In this document: positions 39,315 through 48,360 of the stretch, one piece after another | Layout: the number at the start of each line of letters is the position of its first letter | How positions within the stretch are numbered: position 1 is the first letter of the stretch | NCBI GenBank assembly: GCA_041600755.1 | Contig: JBFIJL010000001.1 | Span: forward strand, 56,798 to 120,797 | Origin: Candidatus Saccharimonadales bacterium | GTDB taxonomy: Bacteria > Patescibacteriota > Saccharimonadia > Saccharimonadales > JAXHNE01 | DNA length: 64,000 nt | Reading direction: 5' to 3' | The notes under the pieces: generated by a model | What the model was told of the DNA's origin: nothing | Database searches by the model: none | What the model saw: only the letters and a program-made list of their open reading frames with translations | Made by a program: the position numbers and the translations under genes

Positions 39315-39632
39315 TTAATGTGAAATTTGACGCAAGTGATGCGCAATTACATCTGCTGCAGGTATATAGTCTTTCGACCATTGCTGTGCTATAGAATCAT
39401 CATCCTTGACGATCATCGCTACTGGGAGCGTCTCTGGCATTATGTCATAGAAGTCACGAACCTTTTCACCGTCTGGCGTACGCACATTAAGCACGACTAC
39501 CTGGTGTGGACAATGTTGAGCTATCTCGGATTTGAGCCGCTCAAACTTTCGTGTTTCCATCATCGAGGCATTGCTCAAAACATAAAGTGCAGCGCCTTCA
39601 TTGTCTGAAATGCTAGTGAAATCTAAACCCAT
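39315..39632 (-). CDS. Hypothetical protein, thioredoxin-like fold without CxxC
   Basis: VRDFYDI...LPVAMIV pattern. Confidence 0.55.
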   Translation of the reverse strand: MGLDFTSISDNEGAALYVLSNASMMETRKFERLKSEIAQHCPHQVVVLNVRTPDGEKVRDFYDIMPETLPVAMIVKDDDSIAQQWSKDYIPAADVIAHHLRQISH

Positions 39633-39653
39633 TAATGCTCCGATTTTATACCT

Positions 39654-39746
39654 TGGTGCGGGTGGAGAGAATACTTTGGTATTCTCATTCCCTTACAGAA
39701 AATATTCAAGTGAACTTGACTGCTTTCTGGTGCGGGTGGAGAGAAT
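39654..39746. repeat. tRNA-Gly-linked unit bounded by 19-bp repeat TGGTGCGGGTGGAGAGAAT, period 74 bp
   Basis: Copies at 39654 and 39728. Confidence 0.9.
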
Positions 39747-39802
39747 CGAACTCTCGTTTCCAGCTTGGAAGGCTAGCATATTAACCACTATAAGACACCC
39801 GC
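39728..39802 (-). tRNA. tRNA-Gly (TCC)
   Basis: GCGGGTG...CTAGC-CTTCCAA-GCTGG...AGTTCGATTCT...ACCA. Confidence 0.93.
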
Positions 39803-39854
39803 GTACTGTATTAACTCGCGTATTATATCAATTTTACCTGCTATCTGGAAGAGT

Positions 39855-40412
39855 CTAAGTGATTATTCGCTCGAGAAGATCGCCAAGTACATATGAGAGC
39901 ACTGCAGCTATCACTCCAAGAATCACAGTTTCGGCTATCGCTTTTGGAACGCTAGACTTCGCAACTTTACTTTTCAGTAATCCAATACCTACGAATGCAA
40001 GTGTAGTTAGCCCACATGCTATTGCGAATAAATTATCGACCCCTGTGTCAAAAATAGTCGCATAGGTGTATGCCATCAGAGGCACAAGTCCAACAACTAT
40101 AAATGAAATATAAGTCGTAACCCCATTGATCACCGGAGAAGGTTCATCGCTTGTTGACTGCCCTTTCTTCGCCATTAGCTCATGTTCTGATTTCGTAGAC
40201 AAATATGAGCCAACCCCCATCGAGAAACCATCAGCGATCAAGTTAGCAAATCCTAGGACTAATAAGATTTTAATATCGAATCGAGCACCCGTAGCGCCGG
40301 CTACCACAGCAAAAGTAGTAACAGCACCATCAATGCCCCCATAGACAAACTCACTTAAATAATCTTCAAAATGTTGCCTAATGCCCGCAACTAGGCCAGT
40401 TTTCTTTTTCAT
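39855..40412 (-). CDS. VIT1/CCC1 family Fe/Mn transporter
   Basis: VYGGIDGAVTTFAVVAG, ANLIADGFSMG. Confidence 0.92.
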   Translation of the reverse strand: MKKKTGLVAGIRQHFEDYLSEFVYGGIDGAVTTFAVVAGATGARFDIKILLVLGFANLIADGFSMGVGSYLSTKSEHELMAKKGQSTSDEPSPVINGVTTYISFIVVGLVPLMAYTYATIFDTGVDNLFAIACGLTTLAFVGIGLLKSKVAKSSVPKAIAETVILGVIAAVLSYVLGDLLERIIT

Positions 40413-40429
40413 ATACGTTTATTGTACCA

Positions 40430-41080
40430 TCAGATGATAATTTGCAGCATACCCAATAAAGCAACAACTGTCAGAGGCACGAAAAGATTGTCCGAACCCC
40501 AAGGTGCAATGTTCTCGATATACGCCGAGACAAACGGAATAATGAATAACGCGGGTAGTGATATAGGTGTAAAGCCGACCTCGCCTCGAACAAACAGCCA
40601 AACTAGAATGTTGAATGACATCACAATAAAGGTGGCAGTACCAATGACCGACTTCTTATTCCATAACACTTTGTAAGTATTTTTGCTTCCGTAGCGCGTG
40701 CCGATAACCGCCGCAAGACCATCGGCTAAAGCTATGTGCAAAACTGCAGCCGTAAATACGAGCTTACTTGGCTGCAGGGTAGCCAGGAGTCCAATCGTCG
40801 CGGGCGCCACTAGATCTCCCCAGCTTTTGCGCCTAACCGAATAAACGCTATGAAAAATACCAGAAAAGCGCATAAATATAATGAAAACTACCGCCAAGAA
40901 GGCCACAAACTGAATCTGTCGCCAGGTCATGAAAAATGGCCAAAACGCCCCAAAACTTCCGATTAGAATGTGCATGAACTTACGAGAGCCTTCACCTTTG
41001 AGTATCTTTTTCTTCCACAGGTACTCATTCAGTAGAAGTGTCGCAAATACAAACGTGAGCGTGCTGAATACGACAATCAT
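40430..41080 (-). CDS. Polyprenol (phytol/dolichol) kinase family membrane protein
   Basis: RKFMHILIG, ADGLAAVIG, KKSVIG, GSDNLFVP. Confidence 0.88.
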   Translation of the reverse strand: MIVVFSTLTFVFATLLLNEYLWKKKILKGEGSRKFMHILIGSFGAFWPFFMTWRQIQFVAFLAVVFIIFMRFSGIFHSVYSVRRKSWGDLVAPATIGLLATLQPSKLVFTAAVLHIALADGLAAVIGTRYGSKNTYKVLWNKKSVIGTATFIVMSFNILVWLFVRGEVGFTPISLPALFIIPFVSAYIENIAPWGSDNLFVPLTVVALLGMLQIII

Positions 41081-41172
41081 GGCTACAGTATAGCAACCAT
41101 GGCAAATTGTTGCATTTCTTTAGATTGGAAATATTTCACAATCATGCCATTGCGTCGATGCTTCTGCCAATA

Positions 41173-41376
41173 GGCGATGGGCTTTGTGAATAAATTGCAC
41201 CAGATGTATTTACATTGCTCGACGATGGACTTGCTTATGTCAAAGATGGCGACGAAGTTTTTCAAAAACCAGGTGGCTCCGCCAGCATGGCCCCGATTCC
41301 GCCCAACCTACTAGATGCGGTAATTGAGTCCGCAGACGAATACCCTGGCGAGTGTATTTTTATAGAGTCTGGGTAG
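41173..41376 (+). pseudogene. Ferredoxin pseudogene fragment (actinobacterial single-cluster type)
   Basis: Frame reads GDGLCE*IAPDVFTLLDDGLAYVKDG...AVIESADEYPGECIFIESG*; internal TAA at 41191, Tyr in place of the CP cysteine, N-terminus lost. Confidence 0.75.
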
Positions 41377-41436
41377 ATTTAGGGTTAAACCATGAAGCCG
41401 TAAACACATTCCTCAGTCTGTGAGATAATTATCTGG

Positions 41437-41985
41437 ATGAACAAATACCAACTCTCCAACAAAGAACTTCCTGCAAGCTTTCGTATTGATAGAGCCAGGG
41501 AGAGTGACTTCTCAGAATTCATGCAAGTATATGAAAAGTCTTTTAGAGATGCATACGAAACTAAAGAAGTTCCAATTAGCCAACTTCATCATAGTCACTT
41601 TATTAAATCTAACATCTCCGAACAGATTCACAATGCATTTTTTGGAGTCAATTCAATTAGTGATTTTGCATATGTCAATGATCGTGTAATCGGTGGTATT
41701 TCTACAACCTGGATTCCTAAAATGCAGGCTGTGGAGCTGCACGGGCTATACATTGACCCTGCCTATCAAAAGCTTGGAGTCGGGACGCAGTTACTGATTC
41801 GTCAATTGAGAATTAATAGCTCCAGACGAATATATCTTGATGTTGCAAAATCATTTAAATTCCAGCAGATCATGTACGAAAACTATGGATTTAAAAAACA
41901 AATCATTGGGGGAAATAAATCATTTTCATGGCCTTCTTGGTCGAGCGAATACAAAATAAAGACTATTAGGATGTGGAAGAAATGA
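41437..41985 (+). CDS. GNAT family N-acetyltransferase
   Basis: LYIDPAYQKLGVGTQL, MYENYGF. Confidence 0.85.
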   Translation: MNKYQLSNKELPASFRIDRARESDFSEFMQVYEKSFRDAYETKEVPISQLHHSHFIKSNISEQIHNAFFGVNSISDFAYVNDRVIGGISTTWIPKMQAVELHGLYIDPAYQKLGVGTQLLIRQLRINSSRRIYLDVAKSFKFQQIMYENYGFKKQIIGGNKSFSWPSWSSEYKIKTIRMWKK

Positions 41986-42737
41986 CCAAGTGGAATTCAG
42001 TTTTTGAAATAAGTGCAGGTCTTGAAGGTCTTGAAAGAATGCCTAATAAACTTGTGGAATCGTCGAGTACGATAAAACTTCCTATAATGCTACTGGTTCT
42101 TGAAAAGATTGATTCAGGAAAGCTGCATTATTGGTCGCGATTCAAAATTTATCAACGACATTTTTCAAGTGGATCAGGCATCTTAAACTGGATGAACAAA
42201 AAATCAATCTCTGTCTTTGAGGCTCTACGCTTAATTGCAAAATATAGTGATTGTGTAGCAACAAACGTCTTAATAGATTACCTGGGTGGAGCAAAACAAA
42301 TTAATAAACAAATGGCTGATCGAGGCTATAAAACAAGATTACATATGGACGTTCTCGATTTCGAAGAAGATGATGAATCGATGCCTCATATTGGCACCAC
42401 TAGTGCGCACGAAATGATGGAATTAATGCAAGATGTATTCGAGCGCACTAAACGCAGAGACAAGCTGGCGGTTCGTTTAATATTCAGAAATATAGACACG
42501 TCTTGGTTTGAACTCGGACTAGGAAAAGATATACCCTCCCTGTACCACAAGACTGGTTCAATGATCGCTGTAGGCCCAACAAAAGATACAGTATTTAACG
42601 TTGTAGGTGTAGTAGACGGTTCTCCAAGAGTTTATTTTGCCTATCTTAGCAGGGGTCATCTAACAGAAACTACAACTGCAAACGAGCAAAAATCGGAACT
42701 TGCGAACGAACTATGGAGCTTGATCGAGCGCTTGTGA
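41982..42737 (+). CDS. Class A beta-lactamase-like serine hydrolase, no signal peptide
   Basis: SSTIK (SxxK), GSGIL, YSDC.ATN (SDN variant), HKTGS. Confidence 0.8.
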   Translation: MTKWNSVFEISAGLEGLERMPNKLVESSSTIKLPIMLLVLEKIDSGKLHYWSRFKIYQRHFSSGSGILNWMNKKSISVFEALRLIAKYSDCVATNVLIDYLGGAKQINKQMADRGYKTRLHMDVLDFEEDDESMPHIGTTSAHEMMELMQDVFERTKRRDKLAVRLIFRNIDTSWFELGLGKDIPSLYHKTGSMIAVGPTKDTVFNVVGVVDGSPRVYFAYLSRGHLTETTTANEQKSELANELWSLIERL

Positions 42738-42787
42738 TTTTAGTTTTGCCGTAATCATGTAAAAGTCGCTAACCATCACTCATTAAT

Positions 42788-42960
42788 TGGTCGGGGTGAG
42801 AGGGATCGCTAGAGTACTCACACTTCAGCTTCCCTGCGCTCGAGGCCAAGCAAGGAAAACTCAATATGCCACAGGCATATTTCGCCTGTCGGTTCGAGTC
42901 CCTAAACTCAAAGCAAATAAAAATACACAGACATATGCCTGTGTATTTTTATTGGTCGGG
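42788..42960. repeat. tRNA-Pro-linked unit (outer copy of tRNA 3' end at 42788, period 165 bp), displaced from the tRNA by the island
   Basis: TGGTCGGGGTGAGAGG at 42788 equals 47668; terminator hairpin 42916-42953. Confidence 0.88.
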
Positions 42961-43128
42961 TCAGAACGACACTCAGCGAACCTACCTACAAGCCAGCCTT
43001 TATGGGATTTTGCGAAACCATCAACAATTTAGGGATAAGGTCGAGAAGCTACAACGCATTGTCGATAACGCCGTAAAGCCAGAGGGCTTGGAGCTTATCA
43101 AGTTCGTGTAGCGTATAATGTAGATAAT

Positions 43129-43299
43129 ATGAGCGACGCCGACGAAACCAAAGAAAACGCAATGCTTCAAGAAAGTGAAGTTGTAGAGTTGCCACCGCAA
43201 CAATCAGCGACCGATACGAGCAACTGGGACAATAAAGTCTTTACTGACCCAAGTGGTGAAAAGTATATCCGAACTCTACCTAACGAAGATAGCGAATAG
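43129..43299 (+). CDS. Small acidic hypothetical protein (56 aa; not in ORF track)
   Basis: TATAAT at 43114 then MSDADETKEN...PNEDSE*. Confidence 0.5.
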   Translation: MSDADETKENAMLQESEVVELPPQQSATDTSNWDNKVFTDPSGEKYIRTLPNEDSE

Positions 43300-43318
43300 T
43301 CATAACGGGTACAATTTT

Positions 43319-44530
43319 ATGCCAACTATTGACCAGCAGATTGCACAAGAAGAAGCACGAATAAAAAGTACTCTTGGAAACTTCTCTTCAATTATTACCA
43401 ACGCCCAAAAATCTACTAAAGAGAGCCATAATTACAAAATCCTTACAATTCAATTTGATGAGTGTAGGCTTGTTGCCTACGTTCTTGAACACTTGCTGAA
43501 TTGCAAAACAGCTTGGCTTCCTATAGAGAAAGTTCATTGGTGGTCTAGCTTCTCGTACGACGGAGTATACTGTTCAATTGCTCATCAAAAGTTCGGATTT
43601 AATTTGTATATCTCTGGTGGACTAAATAAAAACGATGCTGACAAGTTAGCTAAAAAGTTAATAGCTGAGTTAGAGACAATCGTTGCAACGCTAAGCAAAG
43701 TTACGACGCTCTATGCGAAAAAAGCCGTGAAGGTTGGTAATATCATCCTTCACAATAAGATGCAAAGCCTTGAGGATAGGTACGTATATTATCGTGATGC
43801 TAGCTTTGTTGAGCTTGATACCAAAGCAGAACTTGACAGTATAATGGGCGAAAATGATGGAGAAGTCGTTGAGTTGGGTGTACACGACGAAAAAGACGAC
43901 AAGGACTTAGACAAGAAAGTAGTCGAGACTATGGAGCGTCTTGCTGTATATAGGCGAAAATCGAGTGTTCATCTCTATAATCAGGAGGTTGCAATCATAT
44001 ACTTCTTGAGCTTGGTTGAGCACATATGCCTACTTCTTTATGCGTTTAATCACGATGGAGGCAGTGTAGTTGATTTAGCGATGAAGGGTTGGGGCGAAAA
44101 GTTTGAAAAGGTTATTGGTACTGCGGATAAAGATATTGAAGAGGGGTATCTGTATCTAAGGAAAGTCGCCCTATATAAACGAAACCCTATCACTCACGGC
44201 TTCTTAACTCCTAAGATGACCGAAGCGAGCTTCTACTTTAAGCCAGCACGGCAACGGACGCCAATAAACTTATTTGATGGAGAGCTTTTGGGTGAATATG
44301 GCTACGAGGTAGATTTAGCAAAACTTGACAAGCTACTGGCAGATATAAGGAAAAGTCCGAAGTTTCACAACGCTATGCGCTATATAGGAAATAGTGAGTT
44401 TGATATTAGCTATGATACTGGCAGTATGGCAGAGTTTGAATTAGTGAATAAGATGACCGAAGGCGATTTAGTGGAATACCTCGATGCAGTATCGTGGAGA
44501 TATAATAACGCCGCTAATATGGACTGGTAA
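43319..44530 (+). CDS. Island cargo protein with putative HEPN RNase motif
   Basis: Helical C-terminal half with LSLVEH and RNPITHG (RxxxxH); start taken at MPTID behind TACAAT. Confidence 0.6.
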   Translation: MPTIDQQIAQEEARIKSTLGNFSSIITNAQKSTKESHNYKILTIQFDECRLVAYVLEHLLNCKTAWLPIEKVHWWSSFSYDGVYCSIAHQKFGFNLYISGGLNKNDADKLAKKLIAELETIVATLSKVTTLYAKKAVKVGNIILHNKMQSLEDRYVYYRDASFVELDTKAELDSIMGENDGEVVELGVHDEKDDKDLDKKVVETMERLAVYRRKSSVHLYNQEVAIIYFLSLVEHICLLLYAFNHDGGSVVDLAMKGWGEKFEKVIGTADKDIEEGYLYLRKVALYKRNPITHGFLTPKMTEASFYFKPARQRTPINLFDGELLGEYGYEVDLAKLDKLLADIRKSPKFHNAMRYIGNSEFDISYDTGSMAEFELVNKMTEGDLVEYLDAVSWRYNNAANMDW

Positions 44531-44739
44531 GCCCCCACCCATCGAACACGTCATTTTAGAAAAGCTTGTAAACGCACTTGTAGGCTAAAAATACGTCAGT
44601 GACAAAAAATGGTTTGTTTTGCCGTTTTACCCAACAATTATGAACAGAGGTCGGAGTTAAAAAATCGCCCAACAAACCAGAAGAACAGTAACAGGGGTGG
44701 ACTGTTGGCTACTTACAAAATCTGTTGGGAATAAAAGAT

Positions 44740-45402
44740 TTAGTTCTTGATGAGATGCTTCGTAAATCCGTTTTCCACAAGAACATTAAAGGACTGCCAA
44801 ACACTCTCTGGAATATCCTGTTCAATCTGAAAGCCTAGTGATGGAAAGACTTTAATACGCTGTAAGTCACCAACCATAATGTTTATAAACTGTTCTTTAG
44901 AGCTACTATCGGTTAACATATCGTCATAGCTGAGAGCAGGAGACGTGACGATAACCTCAGTGGAGCTATCTGACCATTGCTTCTTAAATGTTGCATATGC
45001 CCTACGCTCCATATAGGGTTTTGTAACGATAATTAAAGACTTGGGCTGTACGCTTTTACTGTCGAGTAGTTCTTGTGTAAATCGAATATTTTCACCTGTG
45101 TTTGTAGACTTTTCCTCGATAAGGATTTTATCTTCAGACACTCCATTGCCGATAGCAATATCCCTAAATAATTCTGCCTCAGTCGTATTGTTGCTGTGCT
45201 GGGTTATCTTGCCGTAACCACCCGAAAATATAAGCAAATCACTATAACCATCAAGAAAGAGTTGGCTCGCTCGCTCGGCAACCCTGCTTTCTGATGAACC
45301 TAGCCCTAATATTACATCGGCTTTCTCAATCGGCATATTGAGTAGCATATAGTCGAATACGACTTTTGCGTGCTCGTCTACGTTCATTAAATCTCTTTCC
45401 AA
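44740..45402 (-). CDS. YdcF/DUF218 family protein
   Basis: FSGGYG, EEKSTNTGENIRF, VTKPYMERRA, GDLQRI. Confidence 0.88.
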   Translation of the reverse strand: MERDLMNVDEHAKVVFDYMLLNMPIEKADVILGLGSSESRVAERASQLFLDGYSDLLIFSGGYGKITQHSNNTTEAELFRDIAIGNGVSEDKILIEEKSTNTGENIRFTQELLDSKSVQPKSLIIVTKPYMERRAYATFKKQWSDSSTEVIVTSPALSYDDMLTDSSSKEQFINIMVGDLQRIKVFPSLGFQIEQDIPESVWQSFNVLVENGFTKHLIKN

Positions 45403-45803
45403 AAGCAGGTGTAATCACTGCCCTTAGTAAAGCCCAATTGGTTATATCGACTATCTAAGTCGGCATTTCCTACTGGCGTGTAGACTAGCACTTGAGAGTG
45501 ACCACGACCCCTTAGAACCTCTACGGCTTTATCGTGGAGAGCTTTGGTTACGTCTCCGTTTGCTAGATGTACAGCAAAACGAAATAGCCAAGCAACACGA
45601 CCATCGTCGACAAGAGATACAGTGCCCACAATCTTTTCGTCTTCAACAGCAACAAGGATTGCATCGGTGTCTACTTCAATCTTTTTTCTAAGTCTGTCGC
45701 TAGCGTCACGCGCTTCGTCGAACTGACCACCAAGCGTATCGCTATCTAAGTAGAGAGCTTTGAGTTGCTCGTAATCAGATGGCTCGTAACTCCTTATAAT
45801 CAT
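45387..45803 (-). CDS. GNAT family N-acetyltransferase
   Basis: IRSYEPSD, IVGTV, RYNQLGF. Confidence 0.75.
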   Translation of the reverse strand: MIIRSYEPSDYEQLKALYLDSDTLGGQFDEARDASDRLRKKIEVDTDAILVAVEDEKIVGTVSLVDDGRVAWLFRFAVHLANGDVTKALHDKAVEVLRGRGHSQVLVYTPVGNADLDSRYNQLGFTKGSDYTCFWKEI

Positions 45804-45850
45804 AGTTTTATTATATACCAGAAAACCGTTGAACCTATTTACAAGCTATA

Positions 45851-47679
45851 ATGATGGACAGTATGGCTACAGGAGATAAGAAAACCAGAACACGCAAGAA
45901 GCAAGTGCTTGTACCGCTTAGTGATAAGCAGTTGAAGCAAGCCGAGAGTGTAGTAGCCGAAAGCCTAAAAGATAACCCTGAACTGTTCAACCTGCCAGAG
46001 AGTAGATACACGGTTGAGGGTCTCGTAGACTTCTACGTGCAGTCGATAGCGGGTAGCAGAAAGATACTACCTAAAGAGAAACGACGCTATGTAGTCTACT
46101 TACGTAAATCCACTGATGACGAACGTAAACAAGTGAGGTCGATTGACGACCAGAGAAAAGAGTGCCTAGATTTAGCCAAGAGGCTTGATATTAAAGTACG
46201 ACCTGAGGATATTTTCGAGGAAAGACAGTCGGCAAAAATCTCTGGCAAACGTGACATATTCAATGACATTATGGAGGGTTTTGAGAGAGGTAAATATCAC
46301 GGTTAAATCTCGTGGTCACCTGACCGATTGTCACGCAATATGTTAGGGGTGGCCAGATTATCGAGCACGTAGATTACGAGAAGATACAGGATTTACTATT
46401 CTGCACTTACGCTTTCGACAACACACTAAACGGCAAAATGATGCTTGGTATTTTGTTTGCTACGTCAAAGCAATATAGCGACAAACTAGCGGTTGATGTG
46501 GCTCGTGGCATTACAGGTGCTATCCACGAGGGCAAGTATGTTGGTCTAGTCAAAAAGGGCTACTATGCTGACACTGACAATGGACGGTTTATGCCAGACG
46601 GCGTACATTGGCAGTTATTACGCCAAGCCGTTGTTATGCGACTAAAAGACCGCAAGACCAATCAAGAGATAGCAGACTTCTTAAACGCCTCAAACTTTAG
46701 CTTTCGCAAAAGCCAAGATGACCCCTACAAAAAAGCAAAAATGGACAAAAAGACAGTTGCAACAATGTTTGCCGACCCCTTTTACACGGGTGCTTACAAG
46801 TATGGCGATAACATAGCCAACCTAAAAGACACCTATAACTTTTTGCCCCTGATGACACCCGACGAGTTTATAGCGTTAAGCAAGAATATGTCGGATAGTT
46901 TCAATAAAGAGTTTGTTGGTCGCAGTAACGTTGCTAAACGGCTAGATTTCGGATTGCTTCGAGAAAAGGTTATTTGCGACTATTGCGATAAACCGATGGG
47001 CTTCCAGAGGACAAAGATACCAAGAGGCAAAAACCAAGGTCGCTATATGATAAGTTTCTATTGCCGAGATAATGGTCAGGGCTGTCTACGTCATAATAAC
47101 GAAGAAGCTATAAAACAGTACGGAAAGAAGCTCAGCAAGAGTGTTAGGCTCAAAGATATAACGCCACACATCGCTTGGACGATACAGAACTGCACTAAAG
47201 ACAGCAAGAAAGCCTACGACTACTACATTGAACGTCTGAAAAGTGAGGTTGCCGTTAAACGTGAGACTGCTAAACGCAAGCTGGCTGATGCTAAAAAAGA
47301 AGTTGCTAAGCAAGAAGAGATGCTAGCCCAGTATCAGAACTTTCAAGTAAAGCACCCTGAAGATTATCAGAAGTACCACAAGAATAAGCTAGAGGAGCAT
47401 CAACAACTCCTTGATGTACATAGTGTAAGTGTCTCTAAACTAGAGAAAGAACTCGAAAAACTCAAACAAGATTTACCAACCCGCAAAGAGTTTGCTGAAC
47501 TCGTCCAATCGTATCTGTTAATACTACGTACAACCCGTGATTTGGTGGAAGAGGACGAAGTGTACAAAGAGATGGTGTTGAACCTGCGTGTTAGGGACGA
47601 CTCCGCCCCTGTTATAAAGCTAAATCCACCATACGATATGATGGTGGATTTTAGCGAAAATACTTCTTGGTCGGGGTGA
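45851..47679 (+). pseudogene. Large serine recombinase with an in-frame stop and a 1-nt deletion
   Basis: YLRKSTDD catalytic motif; TAA at 46304 followed in frame by ISWSPDRLSRNML; frame shifts in the GGGG run at 46346-46349 to GGQIIEH...NGKMML; Zn ribbon CDYC; stop codon lies inside the tRNA-Pro antisense. Confidence 0.88.
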
Positions 47680-47744
47680 GAGGACTCGAACCTCCGACCT
47701 CACGGTCCCAAACCGCGCGCGCTAGCCAACTGCGCCACACCCCG
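47668..47744 (-). tRNA. tRNA-Pro (TGG)
   Basis: CGGGGTGTGGCGCAG...CGCGG-TTTGGGA-CCGTG...GGTTCGAGTCC...ACCA. Confidence 0.96.
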
Positions 47745-47813
47745 TTAGTCTAGTGGCTTTTGCCACTAGAAAACTTACAGTATTATAACAGAAATTATTG
47801 TACTGACCAGTGT

Positions 47814-48299
47814 TTATTCAGTTACTTGACCGACGGCGTCCGTGTTGAAATCAACAAACTGCACATAGTAGTCCCACTGGGCAATTGTAGCTGCGTCAAG
47901 TTCTTTCGCCATATCGATCACCGCACGAACTGCTGTTTCGTCTACCTTAACGCTCTCCCCAACGTTCAACTCTGGAGTTCCGGCTTCTTGTGTTAGCTTG
48001 GTTTCGACATAAATTATTTGAGCTTGTGACAAGTCGACATCATTCAAGATTCCAAATGTCTGAACTGCTTTACGAGCCATCTTAGTGTATGAATCGCCAG
48101 ATTGAGCGACATAAGCGTACGGACCAGTTTCAGCTTCTGTCGCCTCCTCTGAATCGTCAACCTCGGCCTCATGAACCGCAGCTGCAGCCTCGTCGGCATG
48201 CTCTTCACCCTCATGAGCAATTGTTCTTGGTGCCGTAGCAAATCCAATTACAAAGACACCTACAAATAGCGCAACAAATATTGCTGTTAGTTTTTTCAT
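47814..48299 (-). CDS. Exported hypothetical protein (His/acidic N-terminus, LysM-like segment)
   Basis: Signal peptide then HEGEEH; YVAQSGDSYTKMA...LNVGESV. Confidence 0.65.
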   Translation of the reverse strand: MKKLTAIFVALFVGVFVIGFATAPRTIAHEGEEHADEAAAAVHEAEVDDSEEATEAETGPYAYVAQSGDSYTKMARKAVQTFGILNDVDLSQAQIIYVETKLTQEAGTPELNVGESVKVDETAVRAVIDMAKELDAATIAQWDYYVQFVDFNTDAVGQVTE

Positions 48300-48360
48300 C
48301 TCCAATACCCTCACTTCTTGCCCACCACGTTATTTTGGTTATGCCTACTATTCTAGCAGA

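Larger units (their letters stand above)
42952..47675. mobile_element. About 4.7 kb genomic island integrated at the tRNA-Pro 3' end by a large serine recombinase
   Basis: 9-bp direct repeat TTGGTCGGG at 42952-42960 and 47667-47675; removing the segment rejoins tRNA-Pro CCA to its terminator. Confidence 0.85.

Noticed and set aside
39601-39858. 85-aa plus-strand ORF
   Set aside because: Antisense translation of tRNA-Gly and its repeat
42787-43111. ORFs 42787-43032 and 42866-43111 as standalone genes
   Set aside because: They start inside the non-coding tRNA-Pro-linked unit; only 42953-43111 is meaningful, as the detached recombinase tail
45851-47679. Alternative genetic code or programmed recoding explaining the split recombinase
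   Set aside because: The interrupting stop is TAA, a second independent lesion follows, and TGA terminates normal genes elsewhere in the window (e.g. 19576, 42737), so code 11 fits
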